From: Rhina ancylostomus
Lineage: Eukaryota
Direction: 5' to 3'
Assembly: GCA_030265395.1 (NCBI GenBank)
Contig: JARFYF010000118.1
Location: forward strand, 24,765,277-24,829,276
Length of the DNA stretch: 64,000 bases
The position numbers and the translations under genes were made by a program. The notes under the pieces are model-generated. The model saw nothing but the letters and a program-made list of their open reading frames with translations. It did not search any database and had not been told where the DNA came from. This document shows, one piece after another, positions 24,251 to 36,899 of this stretch; position 1 is the stretch's first letter; every line of letters begins with the position of its first letter.

Positions 24251-26744
24251 AAACAGAATGCGTCAGGGAGTAGCTGTGGAGAGAGAAAGAGAGTTGATGT
24301 TACGGGTCAATGATCAGTCAACATTCTAATGGATTTATCAGCCAGAATAGTGAAGGTCATTGACCTGATATGTTAGTTCTGTTTCTCTTTTCACAAATGC
24401 TGCCTGACCTGTAATGTTTTTGCAAATAGTGTGATTCAGTTTGGAGCAGTCATCCAGACGAGGGATGGGGTTAATGCACATGGAATGAAGTTTGTGACTC
24501 CTATCAAAGATGAAGACAATGGTTTGGGTTTTCCCTAAAAATTTAGTATTAACTAATTCTTTAAACTATATGTTTCACATTTTGGGAATTTAATGCTGGT
24601 GTCATCTGGCCTTTTCAAAAATGTGTGGCTGGTCTTCGTGTTTAGAATTCTCAAATCCTCTGCTAGCACTTTTGCATTGATAATATACCAGAATCTTCTC
24701 ACACCAAAGCAAAGGTAGCCTAAAATATCACTGGTAGTTGCTGATGCAAGTTCAACTGATCCAGCAATAGATTAGTGTCATTATTTGCTTAAAAACTGAC
24801 AGAATGCTTGGATCTGTTGGCTTTGACCAACTTTTTTTTTCACTGCTTCAGCTTTCCAGTCCAGCTAAGTGGCAAACCTAGGACACCTCCACTGCTGTAT
24901 TCCTCATCTACCTGCAGGGCCAGTGCCAGCTTAGCCTGGCACAAGTTCAGCAGACTCCTTAACATCCATGGGAAAAAGTTGTGGCAGCTAGCACATTAAG
25001 CAGAAGTTAATCTCCTTGATCCAGCTGATTTAATTATACATAAGTTTGATCATTTGTGAGTGTCAATAAATGCTTTTTATTAAAAATAATTTGTTTTATA
25101 ATTCCACCTTAATTTTATTTTTCACTTGTGCCTGAATGATTTGGGGTGATAGCGTTAATGGCTGCTTAGCCTGGAGATCGGGCCTTGCCAGGTTTCACAG
25201 TTATCTGGGTTTGAGCTGGAAATCTAGGCTTGAGAGGCTCTGTACTATGCAGGTCTCTCCAACTAACCAGGAGCAGGACTCCCAGTGGAACACCATGCCA
25301 AGGAGCATGTTTCAAGGGCAGGTGAACAGTGACCTTGGGTAGCTTGCCAGTCAGTGGGATTCCCCTCCCCAATATGTGTCTGCAACACTGTTAGAACACA
25401 ATTAGAAAGCTGGTGTCAATAGCCTTTTGGATCACAATAATCTCCCATTCTTTTAAAATATTGTTAATTAAATTACTGCAAATGTCACATATAAACATAA
25501 ACACACACTCACAAAAGTGTTGATACTTCCAACTCAAAAGTACACTAAAATTGCACACCATTTTGCATTAAGACCACATCATCTTTTGCATTAGTAGTCA
25601 GCATGTTATCATGTTTTGTCCAGCAAAAGGACAGGCAATAGAGCGTCCTTCTCAACTTGAATAGTATCAAAAAAAGATCATTGGAACATCACTAGGGTGA
25701 GGAACTGGTGAATGTTGATTTTATTACAGAGAGGGAGAGTGCAATATTAACATGATGAATTAAGAGCATTTCACAAGGTCTTTTTTAACTCTTGGTCACT
25801 GGTTTTCTCGTTGTACTGAATGGCAGCAATGACACAGACNNNNNNNNNNAATGGACCTAACTGCATTAACCACTAGCCAAAAATTAAGATTGGATACATT
25901 TTTTCTGGTGGAGGTTAAAGTGAAACAGTGATAGATTTTAAATTTTAAAAGAAGTGGCAATATAGTACCCACTGAGAACTGCCAAACTCATTTCATGAGT
26001 TTGATGTTACAGGTTATTAGTTACTGAATGCTGGACTTACAGATCCCAAAGGTATTCTTAATGGACAGTCTTAAAGATCAATAGTAATATAAAATCTAAA
26101 TTTTAAGTTTGTCTTCCTATAGGCAATATTAAACAATCAAGACACAAAATATTCATCCAAAAATGAATCTCTGTGGTTCCGATGTTTACGAGAATTGTTA
26201 AACATGAAAATGGAAGAAAGCAAATTGGTGTGGTGAACAACATTAACCCTCCTGTCCTGAAGTTCTGGGTAATAATAAGAGAGGATGGAAATATCGAAGA
26301 GGAACTCTGGAAGAGGAGGAAGAATGATCACTGATAGGAAATGGTTGCGCAATGCTGTGAGAGCCCCTCTTTGATAGAGCATTAGCAGATGTGACAACTG
26401 GGTGGCTACTGTGGGAGCTACTAAAAAGTGGAAACTACTGGAAGCCAAATTTAGGCAGGAAATAAACTAAAGTGTTGAGCACTCAGACAGTTGCAAAGCA
26501 ATCAATTTCAGTGGCATCAAACGCATCCATTTACCTCTATCTGCTGAGACTCTTTTGCTGCTTGTGGAGTACTGTCTTGAGAAGAAATAGTCTAAATTAA
26601 ATCAAAAACATTTCATAATTTAGAAAAGAACATCTTTCATAAGCCTGTTGAAAACACAGAAAGCCTATACAGACATAACCTACAGAGCAAACATTCTCAT
26701 TTTCATTAAACAATGGTTAGATCAAAAACAGAGCACTGCATTCT

Positions 26745-26845
26745 GTTCTGATGAAGGGTCATGGACTTGAAATGTTAACTGTTTCTCTGTCCACAGATGC
26801 AGCTTAACCTGCTGAATATTTCCAGCATTTTCTGTTTTTGCTGTA
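26745..26845 (+). mobile_element. Penelope-like element terminal fragment with hammerhead-like core
   Basis: CTGATGA-aGGGTC-atg-GACTT-GAAA-tGTTAAC-tgtttctc...cacagatgc...acctgctga..atttccagcattttctgtttt. Confidence 0.65.
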
Positions 26846-28274
26846 TTCAATTTTACTTGATACAAATTTAGGAAAGTTCTTGTGACGGTACAAAAAAAAG
26901 GTTTACTGGAATAGTTCCAGGGATGAAGGAATTTCAGCTCCTTCAGGATTAGACTGGAAAATCTGGAGTTGTTGTCCTTTGAGATTTGCTAGAGATTTTA
27001 TAAGGTTATGATGAGTTTATGTAGGGTAACAGAGAGAAGCTGTTCTCATTAGCAAATGGTTGTAGGATTAAGTCCATGTGTAATGTATATTTCTTGTTGA
27101 TTTCTAATCTAGAGAGAAGCTTTGTGCAGAGTAACACACAGGAAACATGAACAGCTTTAAAAGATGTCTCTTGTTCATTGAGTGTTATTCCTCGATTGCA
27201 TATGTGCCCAGAATGATAATACAGTTGATCAAATATTAACACGAGTTTGCAGCATTGAACAGTAGCTTGTCAAGAACAAGCACCTTCAGCGCACCACCCA
27301 ACTCCCTGTGGCTCTGTTTTCCAGTCTAATGACTGTAGCATCTCCCTTTCAAATCCAGCCCACTTTTCCAGCCCAGCACACAAAACCTACCATTGCTAAC
27401 CCTGCAATTCTATCTTTCTGAATCTTGTCACTTATTATTTCATTCCCTACTGTCAGACATGGTTTTAAAATTTGCATCATTCATCACTACTTCCCTGTAC
27501 CATTGAACATTTTTTGTACATATTGAATTCCAATGGCAGAAAACTGTACGGGCTTGCTGAGGTATTGTTTAAAACTAGGCATCATTTTGTCTATTCTTTG
27601 GGGGTGCAATGGAGCAAAGCAGACAAATTTCACTGAACTTGGCCCACTAGTCGGAGGATACCTGGATAGCTTGGGTAAAACCAGAAATGGTTTTGACACA
27701 TTGTACAAGCCAATAAGGTGCCTGATGTCTGTTTTGGAACTATACGAGGACCTGCTTTATCCACGTTAATGCATATTGGCAAGTGGCTACTATCAAATAG
27801 GAAACATATTCTTGAAGTTGACTAGAGCCAGGAAAATCAATCCTGTTTCCCCAAGCTCCATTGCAGTCCTGACAGATAATATTGTCTTTCCCCTGCTTGA
27901 CACTTACATGAGGGGTACTTCTGCTGAGACAAATGGTCAGTGATCATAAGATTATAAGATGATACTGGACAAAAGAAAGCTATTGGACTGTAGATGGTTC
28001 TTTGAAAGAGGATTTAAATTATTTCTATTCCCAAGGCCTTTCACCATGGCCCTGCATTTTTTCTCATTTTAAATATTTACCTAATAGACATTTAAAGGTT
28101 TGTGTTGAACCGATGTATCCTTTCAGATGCTGGATTCCAAATTGATAGGTGTCATAAAGACCAGAGGCTGTACTCATGAGGGATGCCATTTTGTTCCCTG
28201 TTCAGCTTGAAGAATAATTCTTTATCAATCCCCTCTGCTTGCTGTCTCTCTTCTAATTTCTTGTCTGTGATGCT

Positions 28275-28572
28275 GGGTGGGCACAGTAGTGTAGCGGTTA
28301 GCGTAACGCTTTACAGTGCCAGTGACCCGGTTTCAATTCCGGCCACTGTCTGGAAGGAGTTTGTATGTTCTTCCCGTGTCTTTGTGGGTTTCCTCTGGGT
28401 GCTCTGGTTTCCTCCCACATTCCAAAAAGATGTACAGGCTAGGAGCTGTGGGCATGTTACNNNNNNNNNNNNNNNNNNNNNNNNNNNNNNNGCAGACCCC
28501 AGAACACTCTAAGCAAAAGATGCATTTCACTGTGTGTTTCTATGTACATGTGACTAATAAAGATATCTCATC
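28275..28572 (+). mobile_element. Young tRNA-derived SINE
   Basis: Pol III A-box (tagtgtagcggt) and B-box-like head, a V-type core, and the tail tgtacatgtgactaataaagatatct. High identity to the copy at 33683-33991. Confidence 0.88.
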
Positions 28573-29439
28573 TTATTGGCTGTCCCCTTGACTCCATCGC
28601 TTTTAATTCTGCTAACAATATAATGCGGTACTTTATCAACACCTTTAGGAAGTCCACATAGTCAACATGAACTGTGCTGCCTTCATTCTCTGAAAGCCAC
28701 CTCTTGTGATGTGATAGGTGATAGCTTTGACAAACTTACTGAGATGATGTGGGATCAATTTTAAGCTCACACAGTGTGTGCTGCACTAATTCTGCAGTGC
28801 CCCACTTGTTCCAACAGGTGGCAGGTGTGCATCAAGTAAGGATATGAATTCACTGTCCAGTCAAGAAGTTATTTTAGTGACACGGACCAGAAACTGCCTG
28901 CACTATGGAAAAAAAGCTGTCTGACTGCTTGATTCTATGCTGAGCTTCTAAAGAGCTGCCACTGGCTGGGCAAACATTGAGCGGATTCGAGTGGGAGATT
29001 GATAAACCACTTTAGATTCATTAAAAAAAACAGACAGGGATAAAAATAGCATGGCATGAATGTACATGCTTAAGTTACTGAGTTTAACAAATACCATTGA
29101 ATCAGTTCTTTAAAAGGGATACAAGTTGTCCTCGTGGGAGATAATTAGTTAACCTGTAATTTGATTAGCAAGCAAGACCTTGCTTCTAAAATCCAAAATC
29201 CAGCCCTGTTAAAGTATGTGCTGTTCAGACCTGATGCAAAATTAACCACTCTGCCTGATATATATAAAACATAGCCAATTCTGTCCAATGTGTAGCATAA
29301 CAAAGTAAAATTTGCAATTATTTAATGTCTTTCCTGTACTTTAGGATGACTTAAAACACCTTGTAGTCAATTAATTACTTATGAGATACATATAATTACT
29401 TCTGGGGTATCTTTTCAGGATTATAGAATTAATTACAAA

Positions 29440-30400
29440 AATAGATTAAGTGAGAGGGCAAAACTGCAGCAGGTTTCATTGCAAGTTTGAGAGCAATGGC
29501 TATTCATTTAGGAATTAAAACACAATATTTTGTTTTAAATGTTGACATGCTAGGAATTCTTAAGGTCCTCAGATGTTTTGGATACATGTACACTGATCAC
29601 TAAAGTATAGCTGTCAGATACAAAAAATGTCAGAAAGTGTGAAATTTTGCTACTGATCAACAAAACTCTAGTTGGACCACATCTAGAATACTGTCTGTGG
29701 TTCTGGTGTGCAGCTCAGATTTGCAGACTACAGACAGGGCTTCAAGAATTAAATTATAAAGAAAGATTATATAAAAAGGGCATGTCCTCCCTGAAATTAA
29801 GAGGTGATTTCATATTGGAATTTTGATAGAAATCCACAAGGTAAATTGGGAAACTTCTTCCAGTGATGTAGCTGAAGGGGACATTCACAACTCCTACAAA
29901 TGGGAACAGCTTAGGTGGGAATCTTGGCTGGCATGGACCGGTTGGGCTGAAGGTCCTGGTTCCATGCTGTATGACTCTAAGAAAATACAAGCAAGAGTAG
30001 GCCACACAGCCCTTCATAGCTGCCTCGCCATTTAACATGATGATTGCTCATTTGCCCCAGACCTCCGCTTCTGTGCCAGATCCTTATAGCCCTCAATTTG
30101 CTGATTTTTCAAAAATTATCTACTTCCCTTTTAAGTACCTCCAATGACAGACTCCATAACTCTCTAGAGCAGAAAATTCCAGAGCTTCACTACCCTCTGC
30201 ACAAAGATCCTATGTACCTCAGTCTTAAATAACTATTCCCCAAGTTTGTGACTCGGTCCCCTCTTTCGAGATTCTAAACTAATGGGAACATTTCTATACA
30301 TGCCCTGTTATGCCCCTGAAGGAACTTATATCCTTCAATAAAATCATCCCTCATTCTTCTAAACTTCAAAGAATATAGATCAAATTTCTTCAGAAAATTA
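29440..30400. mobile_element. Two CR1 3' fragments, tail-to-tail (+ 29440-29980; - 29980-30400)
   Basis: The + copy ends ccatgctgtatgactcta. The - copy encodes LYSLKFRRMRDDFIEGYKFLQG. Confidence 0.7.
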
Positions 30401-30429
30401 AGCACACCATGTCTGTATGCAGCAAGACC

Positions 30430-31170
30430 TAAACAATATTCAGGCATGGGCTGATAAGTGACAAGTACCATTTGCACCAGAGATGTAGGCAATGAAGATC
30501 TCCGATGAGAGACTCTTGACGTTCAGTTGCATCACCATCNNNNNNNNNNNNNNNNNNNNNNNNNNNNNNNNNNNNNNNNNNNNNNNNNNNNNNNNNNNNN
30601 NNNNNNNGAAAGTCTGGTGTATTCGCTGCAGGGAAGAAGTGGTTATCCTGTAGAGGGTGACTCCTTTCCTGACACACCTAAGACTTTTATCATCAACAAG
30701 GTGCAAGTCAGGAGCGTGATGAAATACGCTCTATTTGCTTGGATCAGTGCAACTGCATTAACTCTCCAGAAGTTCGACACCATCCAAGACAAAGTAGTCT
30801 GATCAGTGCCCCTTCCACCAAAGGTGCCCAGTTGTTGCAGTGTGCACCATCTACACATGAACTCTAGTTACTCACCTTGTTACTCTGGGAACATCTCCCA
30901 GCTTATGAAGAAGGGTGTTAGTCATATGGGAGTATTACTATTTGCGTGTTCCCCTCCAAATCACACATCATCTTGATTTGAAAATAAATCATTATTGATG
31001 GGTCAAAATCCTTGAACTCCCTACCCAACAGCACTGCAAGAATACTTTCAATCTGAAGGACTCAGGGATTCAATAAGATGGCTCAACGCCACCTTTTCAA
31101 AGGGAATTACAGATAGCCAATAAATACTGGCCATACTGGTGATCCCAGATTCTGAGAAATGAATAAAATA
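30430..31170 (+). mobile_element. L2/CR1-group LINE ORF2 3' fragment
   Basis: Encodes NKVQVRSVMKYALFAWISATALTLQKFDTIQDK and ends agccaataaatactggcc...gaataaaa. Confidence 0.75.
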
Positions 31171-31852
31171 AAACCCAGCTCATTCAGAAGAGGTTAGAAA
31201 AGATTTTTAGACATAACAAGAGACAGTTGTGTAAAAATCTCTCTCATATTAGGAAGCAGATTCTGATTAATAATTTAAATTTGATTTTTGGTAGATAAGG
31301 ATATTAGGAGATGTGGAGCCAATTGGCTGAGGATACAGGTCAGCTATGATCTCATTGAATAGGTTCAATGAGCTGAATAACCTCCAGCAGTTCTTATTCT
31401 ACCATATACCTACCATAGTCCCACCCAGTTTTTAACATCCAGATTTTTTTTTAAAACTGTGTTCAAATTCTCAAACTGAATTGGTAGCTTTAATGTAAAT
31501 AATTGCTGCCCTATTACACCCTTGAATCTACATGGATAATTTTCTCAGCTCTTTTCAGTATTTTGAAATCTTTAGTGCAGTCTCTTAAGTTTCCTCTTTT
31601 CCAAATAGAACAATCTCCAAACATGTAATTTTTCCAATTTATTTTAGGGTTCAGTAAACTAGAACCATCATTAACTTGCTGGTAGCAAGTCAGTCAAAGA
31701 ATTCACTGAGCAATTTTTAATAAAAATGGTGCCCTTTTAAGAACAATTTTGCCTTCATGAGCAACCTTGTAGTGCCAGAACTGCTAATGGTGTTCCCTTG
31801 ACCTCCACGGCTATGACCGAGAAAGAAAATGAATGGAATGCTGGATACTCAC

Positions 31853-31986
31853 ATACTTCACTGAGGGGTCTGCTTCAGATTTAGACAGATATATAGCTGA
31901 CCTCTCTCTGACAGAGATGACCTCTTGTTCTAGCAGTGGCTGGTTATTTCTCTTTGGCGTCCTTGGATACAATAACCTCTCCTCAT
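31853..31986 (-). CDS. XIRP1: XIRP1 long-isoform upstream coding exon (134 nt, phase 1 to 0)
   Basis: Acceptor cctttccttttgcag|AT and donor TAT|gtgagt. Encodes (D)EERLLYPRTPKRNNQPLLEQEVISVRERSAIYLSKSEADPSVKY, with an EPLIN/XIRP2-like SVKERMAxYQ motif. In frame with both neighbours. Confidence 0.72.
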
Positions 31987-32029
31987 CTGCAAAAGGAAAG
32001 GCTTTTACTATCAAATCTCAGGAAAGGTT

Positions 32030-33380
32030 TTTTTAAACAAGAATTTCTCCTAAAATTATAACATTATTAATGTGTTTTTGATTTCCTGCCCACTGTTCCA
32101 AAGGCCCAGATCTGTGCAACTTGAAGATCATGCAACTTGAAGATTGTGCAGGGATACCCAAGCTATACTGAGACAGGGTNNNNNNNNNNNNNNNNNAATT
32201 AAGGATTAGCCTGAGGCATAACTTCAGCTCAATTGCATTCCAGTCCTTTGAGATAACAGGCCAACATTCCATAAGCATTTTTGCAACTGCGATCTGAGCT
32301 CTGAGTGATTTGTGTTCATAGATACCAAAGTCGTTTCTCTCCGCCATGGCAGCTGGTTTCTCATCATTTTGAAAATATTTCAGTTTGACTCTCTCAGATT
32401 CAAAATGGATGACATTACTTTTCCTACATTAAACATCTGCCACAGTTCTGTTCACTCACTTACATTGTCTATATCCCCTTGTAACCCCCCTCCTCTGCTC
32501 CCACCTACACAACTTAGAGCACTTTCCAACTCTTCCTATCATCTCTTCTGAAAGTGTTTCACAGCAAAAACAATCAGATAGAAACTGAGATCACAATGTA
32601 GGGGAGCGGCCTACAGCAACGTGTGAAAAGATGGATTTTATGGGGCTTTCCTAGTTTGGGGAAAGATTGAAAAGACGGTTAGAGGCAGTACCAGGAAATC
32701 TACTTAGTCCCCCTGTAAAACTGAATCAACCCACTTCCCACAGACTATGAACGGAAGTCCAACCTGACTCACAAGTGCACTTCCTTGAGGCAAATCCTTA
32801 ACTGCCTGTTCATTTTGATCATCTTACACATTCTAACAATTTTATGGATATAAGACAAGATCAGGGCTCTTTCTGGACCTCAACACCATTTGTATCCCTC
32901 CATTCCTTTAACATCCAGAAATCTATTGATCTGTGTTTTAAGGGAGCCCAGTGACTGAACTTCCATAGCCCTTCTGGGTAGAAAATTCCAAAAATTCATC
33001 CCTCTCCGCATGGTGAAATTTCTCTTCATTTCTGCCCTAAATTGGTTACCCCTCTTAGAGTGTAACCCTTGATTTTCAAAGTCAGGAGAAACAGCCTTTC
33101 TGCTTCCACCCCGTTGAGCCCTATAAGAATTTAGTACATTTCAATGAGACCTCCTCTGACTCTTCTAAACTCCAGAGGACACAGACCTAGTCTATTCAGT
33201 CACTCTTCCTACAGTGAACCCACCATCCCGGGAACCAGCCTAGTCAATCTTCAATGTGCTTCTTCAATACAAGCATAGCTCTTCGTAGGTAAGGAGGACA
33301 AAACTCTGCACAATGCTTCAGGTGTGGCATCACCAAAGCCCTACATAATTACAGTAAGATATGCACTCAAATCCTCTCAT
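32030..33380 (-). mobile_element. Degenerate CR1 fragments (about 32030-32520 and 32850-33380)
   Basis: Reverse-strand CR1 RT landmarks (ggccaacattccataagc; tcttctaaactccagagga.acagacc). Confidence 0.6.
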
Positions 33381-33682
33381 GATATAATATTGTTACTATC
33401 AGCAGAAATGTTATGCTGTAAATATTTCAATTAGAATCCTTCTATTAGGCAGTTTTTGATTAAAGTTTTGAGGTTTCAAAGTTCCACAAGCCAGAACATA
33501 TTGAAAACCCCACAGCCTACATCCTCACTTCTCCCTGCTGGCAGCTGGTGCCGAGGTGACAATGTCAAAATTTGTCTCCCCTAGCTTAACAGTGTCCTCT
33601 AGCACCATCCACTCCTCCAAGACCAATGTATTCCTTCTGTTCTGCATCCCTCCATTACTTCATTGGTGGCCTGATAGATTTA

Positions 33683-33991
33683 TAAGATAAGATATGATAA
33701 GATATTTGTCACATGTACATTGAAACACACAGTGAAATGCATCGTTCTGCGTTACTGAGAATGTGCTGGGGGCAGCCCACAAGTGTCGCTACTCTTCCGG
33801 CGCCATCGTAGCATGCCCATAGTTCCTCACCTGTACGTCTTTGGGATGTGGGAGGAAACCGGAGCACCCGGAGGAAACCCACGCAGACACGGGGAGAACG
33901 TAAAAACTCCTTTACAGACAGCGGCAGGAATTGAGCCCGGGTTGCTGGCGCTGTCATAATGTTATGCTAACCGCTACACGACTGTGCCGCC
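33683..33991 (-). mobile_element. Young tRNA-derived SINE, full length, (TCTTA)n tail
   Basis: CpG-rich reverse complement of the 28275 family, with a taagataagat tail. Confidence 0.9.
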
Positions 33992-35174
33992 ATCTTCTTA
34001 GGCTCCTCCACTATGCTGCTATAATCCTGCTTTCAGAAGTCTCCTCAAAATCAATTGCATGAGCACCCCGCCTATTAACTAATCCATACTTCTTCCTATT
34101 TACTATCCTTATCAATGTAAAGGACTCTTCTCCTTTTATATATTTTATTGAACCTGAGGAGTTCCCTGGAAATGAAATTATTGACACCCTGGTGCTACAT
34201 GCATTGTAGATCTGAGTTTGGTGTTTGTTCCCTGAACAACAAGGGTCATCATTAACATCTGCATGCTCAGAGGAGAGCACAAGTTCCGAGTTTACTAGTG
34301 ACTGAAAGAGCCTTCAGACATTTCCTTACCCCACAATCCCAAACACTTCACGTTCAATTTATTAGTTCCTCAGTTATCTTGTAATCTCTCTTACTCTTTT
34401 CAACATTACTAGTATTCCAGTAGGAAACCCAGCTCTTCACCTTGAAACTCTTCAAGATTTCTTTGTATTATTTATCATTAAAAGAACATTGATAGTGATT
34501 GTAAGACACTTTCTTTACTCTTCTCTTAAGTCTAAGTAAACACATTAGACATATTCCCAAAGGCCAGTAATATTAAACTCAAGCTATACATCCGTCAGTG
34601 TCTCCCAGTCCTTTACAGCTTTTTGAGAAAGGTCCCTACTGTCTTTCGTGAGCTAATGGCCAAAAAAAAGCAAGCACACACACAGACGAAGAGGGAGCTG
34701 CGGTGTCAGCATGTAGCAGCATTGAATAGTCAGCCAACAATTCAGAGCCTCGGTGCTAAATAAACAACGACCTCAAGCAAAGGGAATGTTGGCCCATCCA
34801 TTGTGTCGAACAAGGGCAGGAAGGGGCAGTGATCCATCTCCACAGGAATCACTGTCAACTGGCTTTAGGGCCTTAGGTTACTAACAATAAATAATCACAG
34901 GAACTGCTGCACAATCACATCATGCCTTGCTGTCCCATTACTAAGCTTTCTAAGCTTTTATTGTCTAGCCAGCTAAATGTCTGACATGCATGAAGACCTT
35001 ACACTGCACTCCAAAGATTTACCAACCCAAATTAAGAGAGATCCACCCAAGCAAAGACCTTGAATTTATATGGCCCCTTTCATGTCTTCAGGATGCCCAA
35101 AAGAAATATGTTGAAAGTACAATCACTGAAACTGAGTAGGGCAAAATTAACAGCTAAATTCCACATGTTTTGTG

Positions 35175-35312
35175 ACACAAGAGACTACAGATACTGGAAT
35201 CTGGAGCAACAAACAATCTGCTGGAGGAACTCAACGGGTCGAGCAGCATCTGTGGAGTTGGGGGCAGGAGAAGGAATTGTCAACGTTTCGGGATGAAACA
35301 CTGCATCAGGGT
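35175..35312 (-). mobile_element. Penelope-like terminal fragment
   Basis: Reverse strand reads cCTGATGc...cccGAAAcgttgac...cacagatgctgctcgaccc.ttgagttcctccagcagattg. Confidence 0.65.
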
Positions 35313-36899
35313 TCTTTAAAGAGAACAATGACATTTTTCTTGGGCATTTCAGCAGCCACTTTGCGCACAAGATCACAACTACCTAGAAACTGGACTTCAC
35401 ACATTTTTTGGTGCATTTAAACTGTGCATTTATTCCCAGTTTCCAATTTACCCAATTCAACTAACAGGAAGAAGAGTCTCTTAATTTGGGAAAATCCCAG
35501 TGGAAAAAAGTGTTCAGGTGATTTTAACCCATACGCATTTGTTATAATTTTGGCTGCATATTTCCCTTCAATGGCTGGCTGCAAAGCTCATACAATCAGT
35601 CCCGCACTGACTTCGGGAAGTGAGTCAGCTCTTCAAGGGATAGACTCCATAGCAGCCACAGTGCATTAGCACAAAGGCCATCATGAATAGGAGGGAAAAG
35701 GGTTAGGAGAAGTGGGTATTTGGAGACCTGTGATCCATATGAACACTCCACGCATGTTGGTCTGGAGTTCCTGTTCCATATCTTTTGCATTTTAGCCTCT
35801 AACCATCTTAGGAGCTAATCTTCACCCTAAACTTCCTGAGATAAAATTAGAAAAATAAAGAGAAAAATAAATATATGGATTGACCTTCATGCTATGAGGG
35901 TCCCCAAACCACTGTGAGATATGGGAACATTACAGTGGCCCTTGATCACAACATTGTGTATTTAATACAGGAATATTATGAACTTTGTCAGTGGTTCCTG
36001 TGGACAAGAGCGCAGCATCGAGAAGTGATTGTTGCAGAATCTGTGGCCAAAGCATCAATGTGCCAGCAGGGACCTGTAANNNNNNNNNNNNNNNNNNNNN
36101 NNNNNNNNNNNNNNNNNNNNNNNNNNNNNNNNNNNNNNNNNNNNNNNNNNNNNNNNNNNNNNNNNNNNNNNNNNNNNNNACCTGTAACCCACAATGGCCA
36201 CTGGATTCTTCCAGCTCTGAGATGATTGTGCAAACCGATCCAGACTGGGCTTGACATCTGATACCTTCACGTTAAGAGCTACAGAAATAATTAGGAAAAA
36301 AAATGACTAATTTATACACAAAGCTGTCCACTATATTTAATAGCATTTTCTGCAAAGGGTACTCAAAAATAAATAGAGCTGTTGCCAAAGCCCGATGCAT
36401 GCTCAACAGCCAAATGCATGATCACAGCTCTTACGTGGGTAATCCTGTCTAGTTGTCTACTGGGTTGGAAAATGTTTGTATTTAACAATATTGGCTCTGT
36501 GTGTCCTCCAGACGTGGAGTGAAATGTTTATTTTTAATTGACTAAACACATGCCTTTGGATATTTTGAGAACTCTGGTAATATTACTGCCTCTGCCACAG
36601 TTCCAGTAACCAAGAGTAACTTTGGCCGTGGGTCTGGTGTCCACAGGCCTGACTGGTAACTGCCCAGAATTGTACCTACAGGACCCAGGGAAGTACTGTG
36701 AAGGCACTCCCTCATGGATTCAGCTCTATTGACCTTCTTTCAGCTACTGGGTTTCCCCAAAGCCTTGGAAACCCATCTGCCTGTGGTTAAATATAGAAAG
36801 ACTGTTGGGCTTTGATTTAGCATCATGGGCTTTACTCCTGCAGCAGAAACCTTGGGCTCCATACTATGCCTGTATCTCTTTGTTATAAGCCTGGCCCTG

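Noticed and set aside
28275-28350. tRNA gene
   Set aside because: A/B boxes are followed by a SINE core and tail. It is a SINE head, not a tRNA.
34011-34280. 89-aa minus-strand ORF as another XIRP1 exon
   Set aside because: No convincing splice sites or motifs, and it is not needed for phase continuity.
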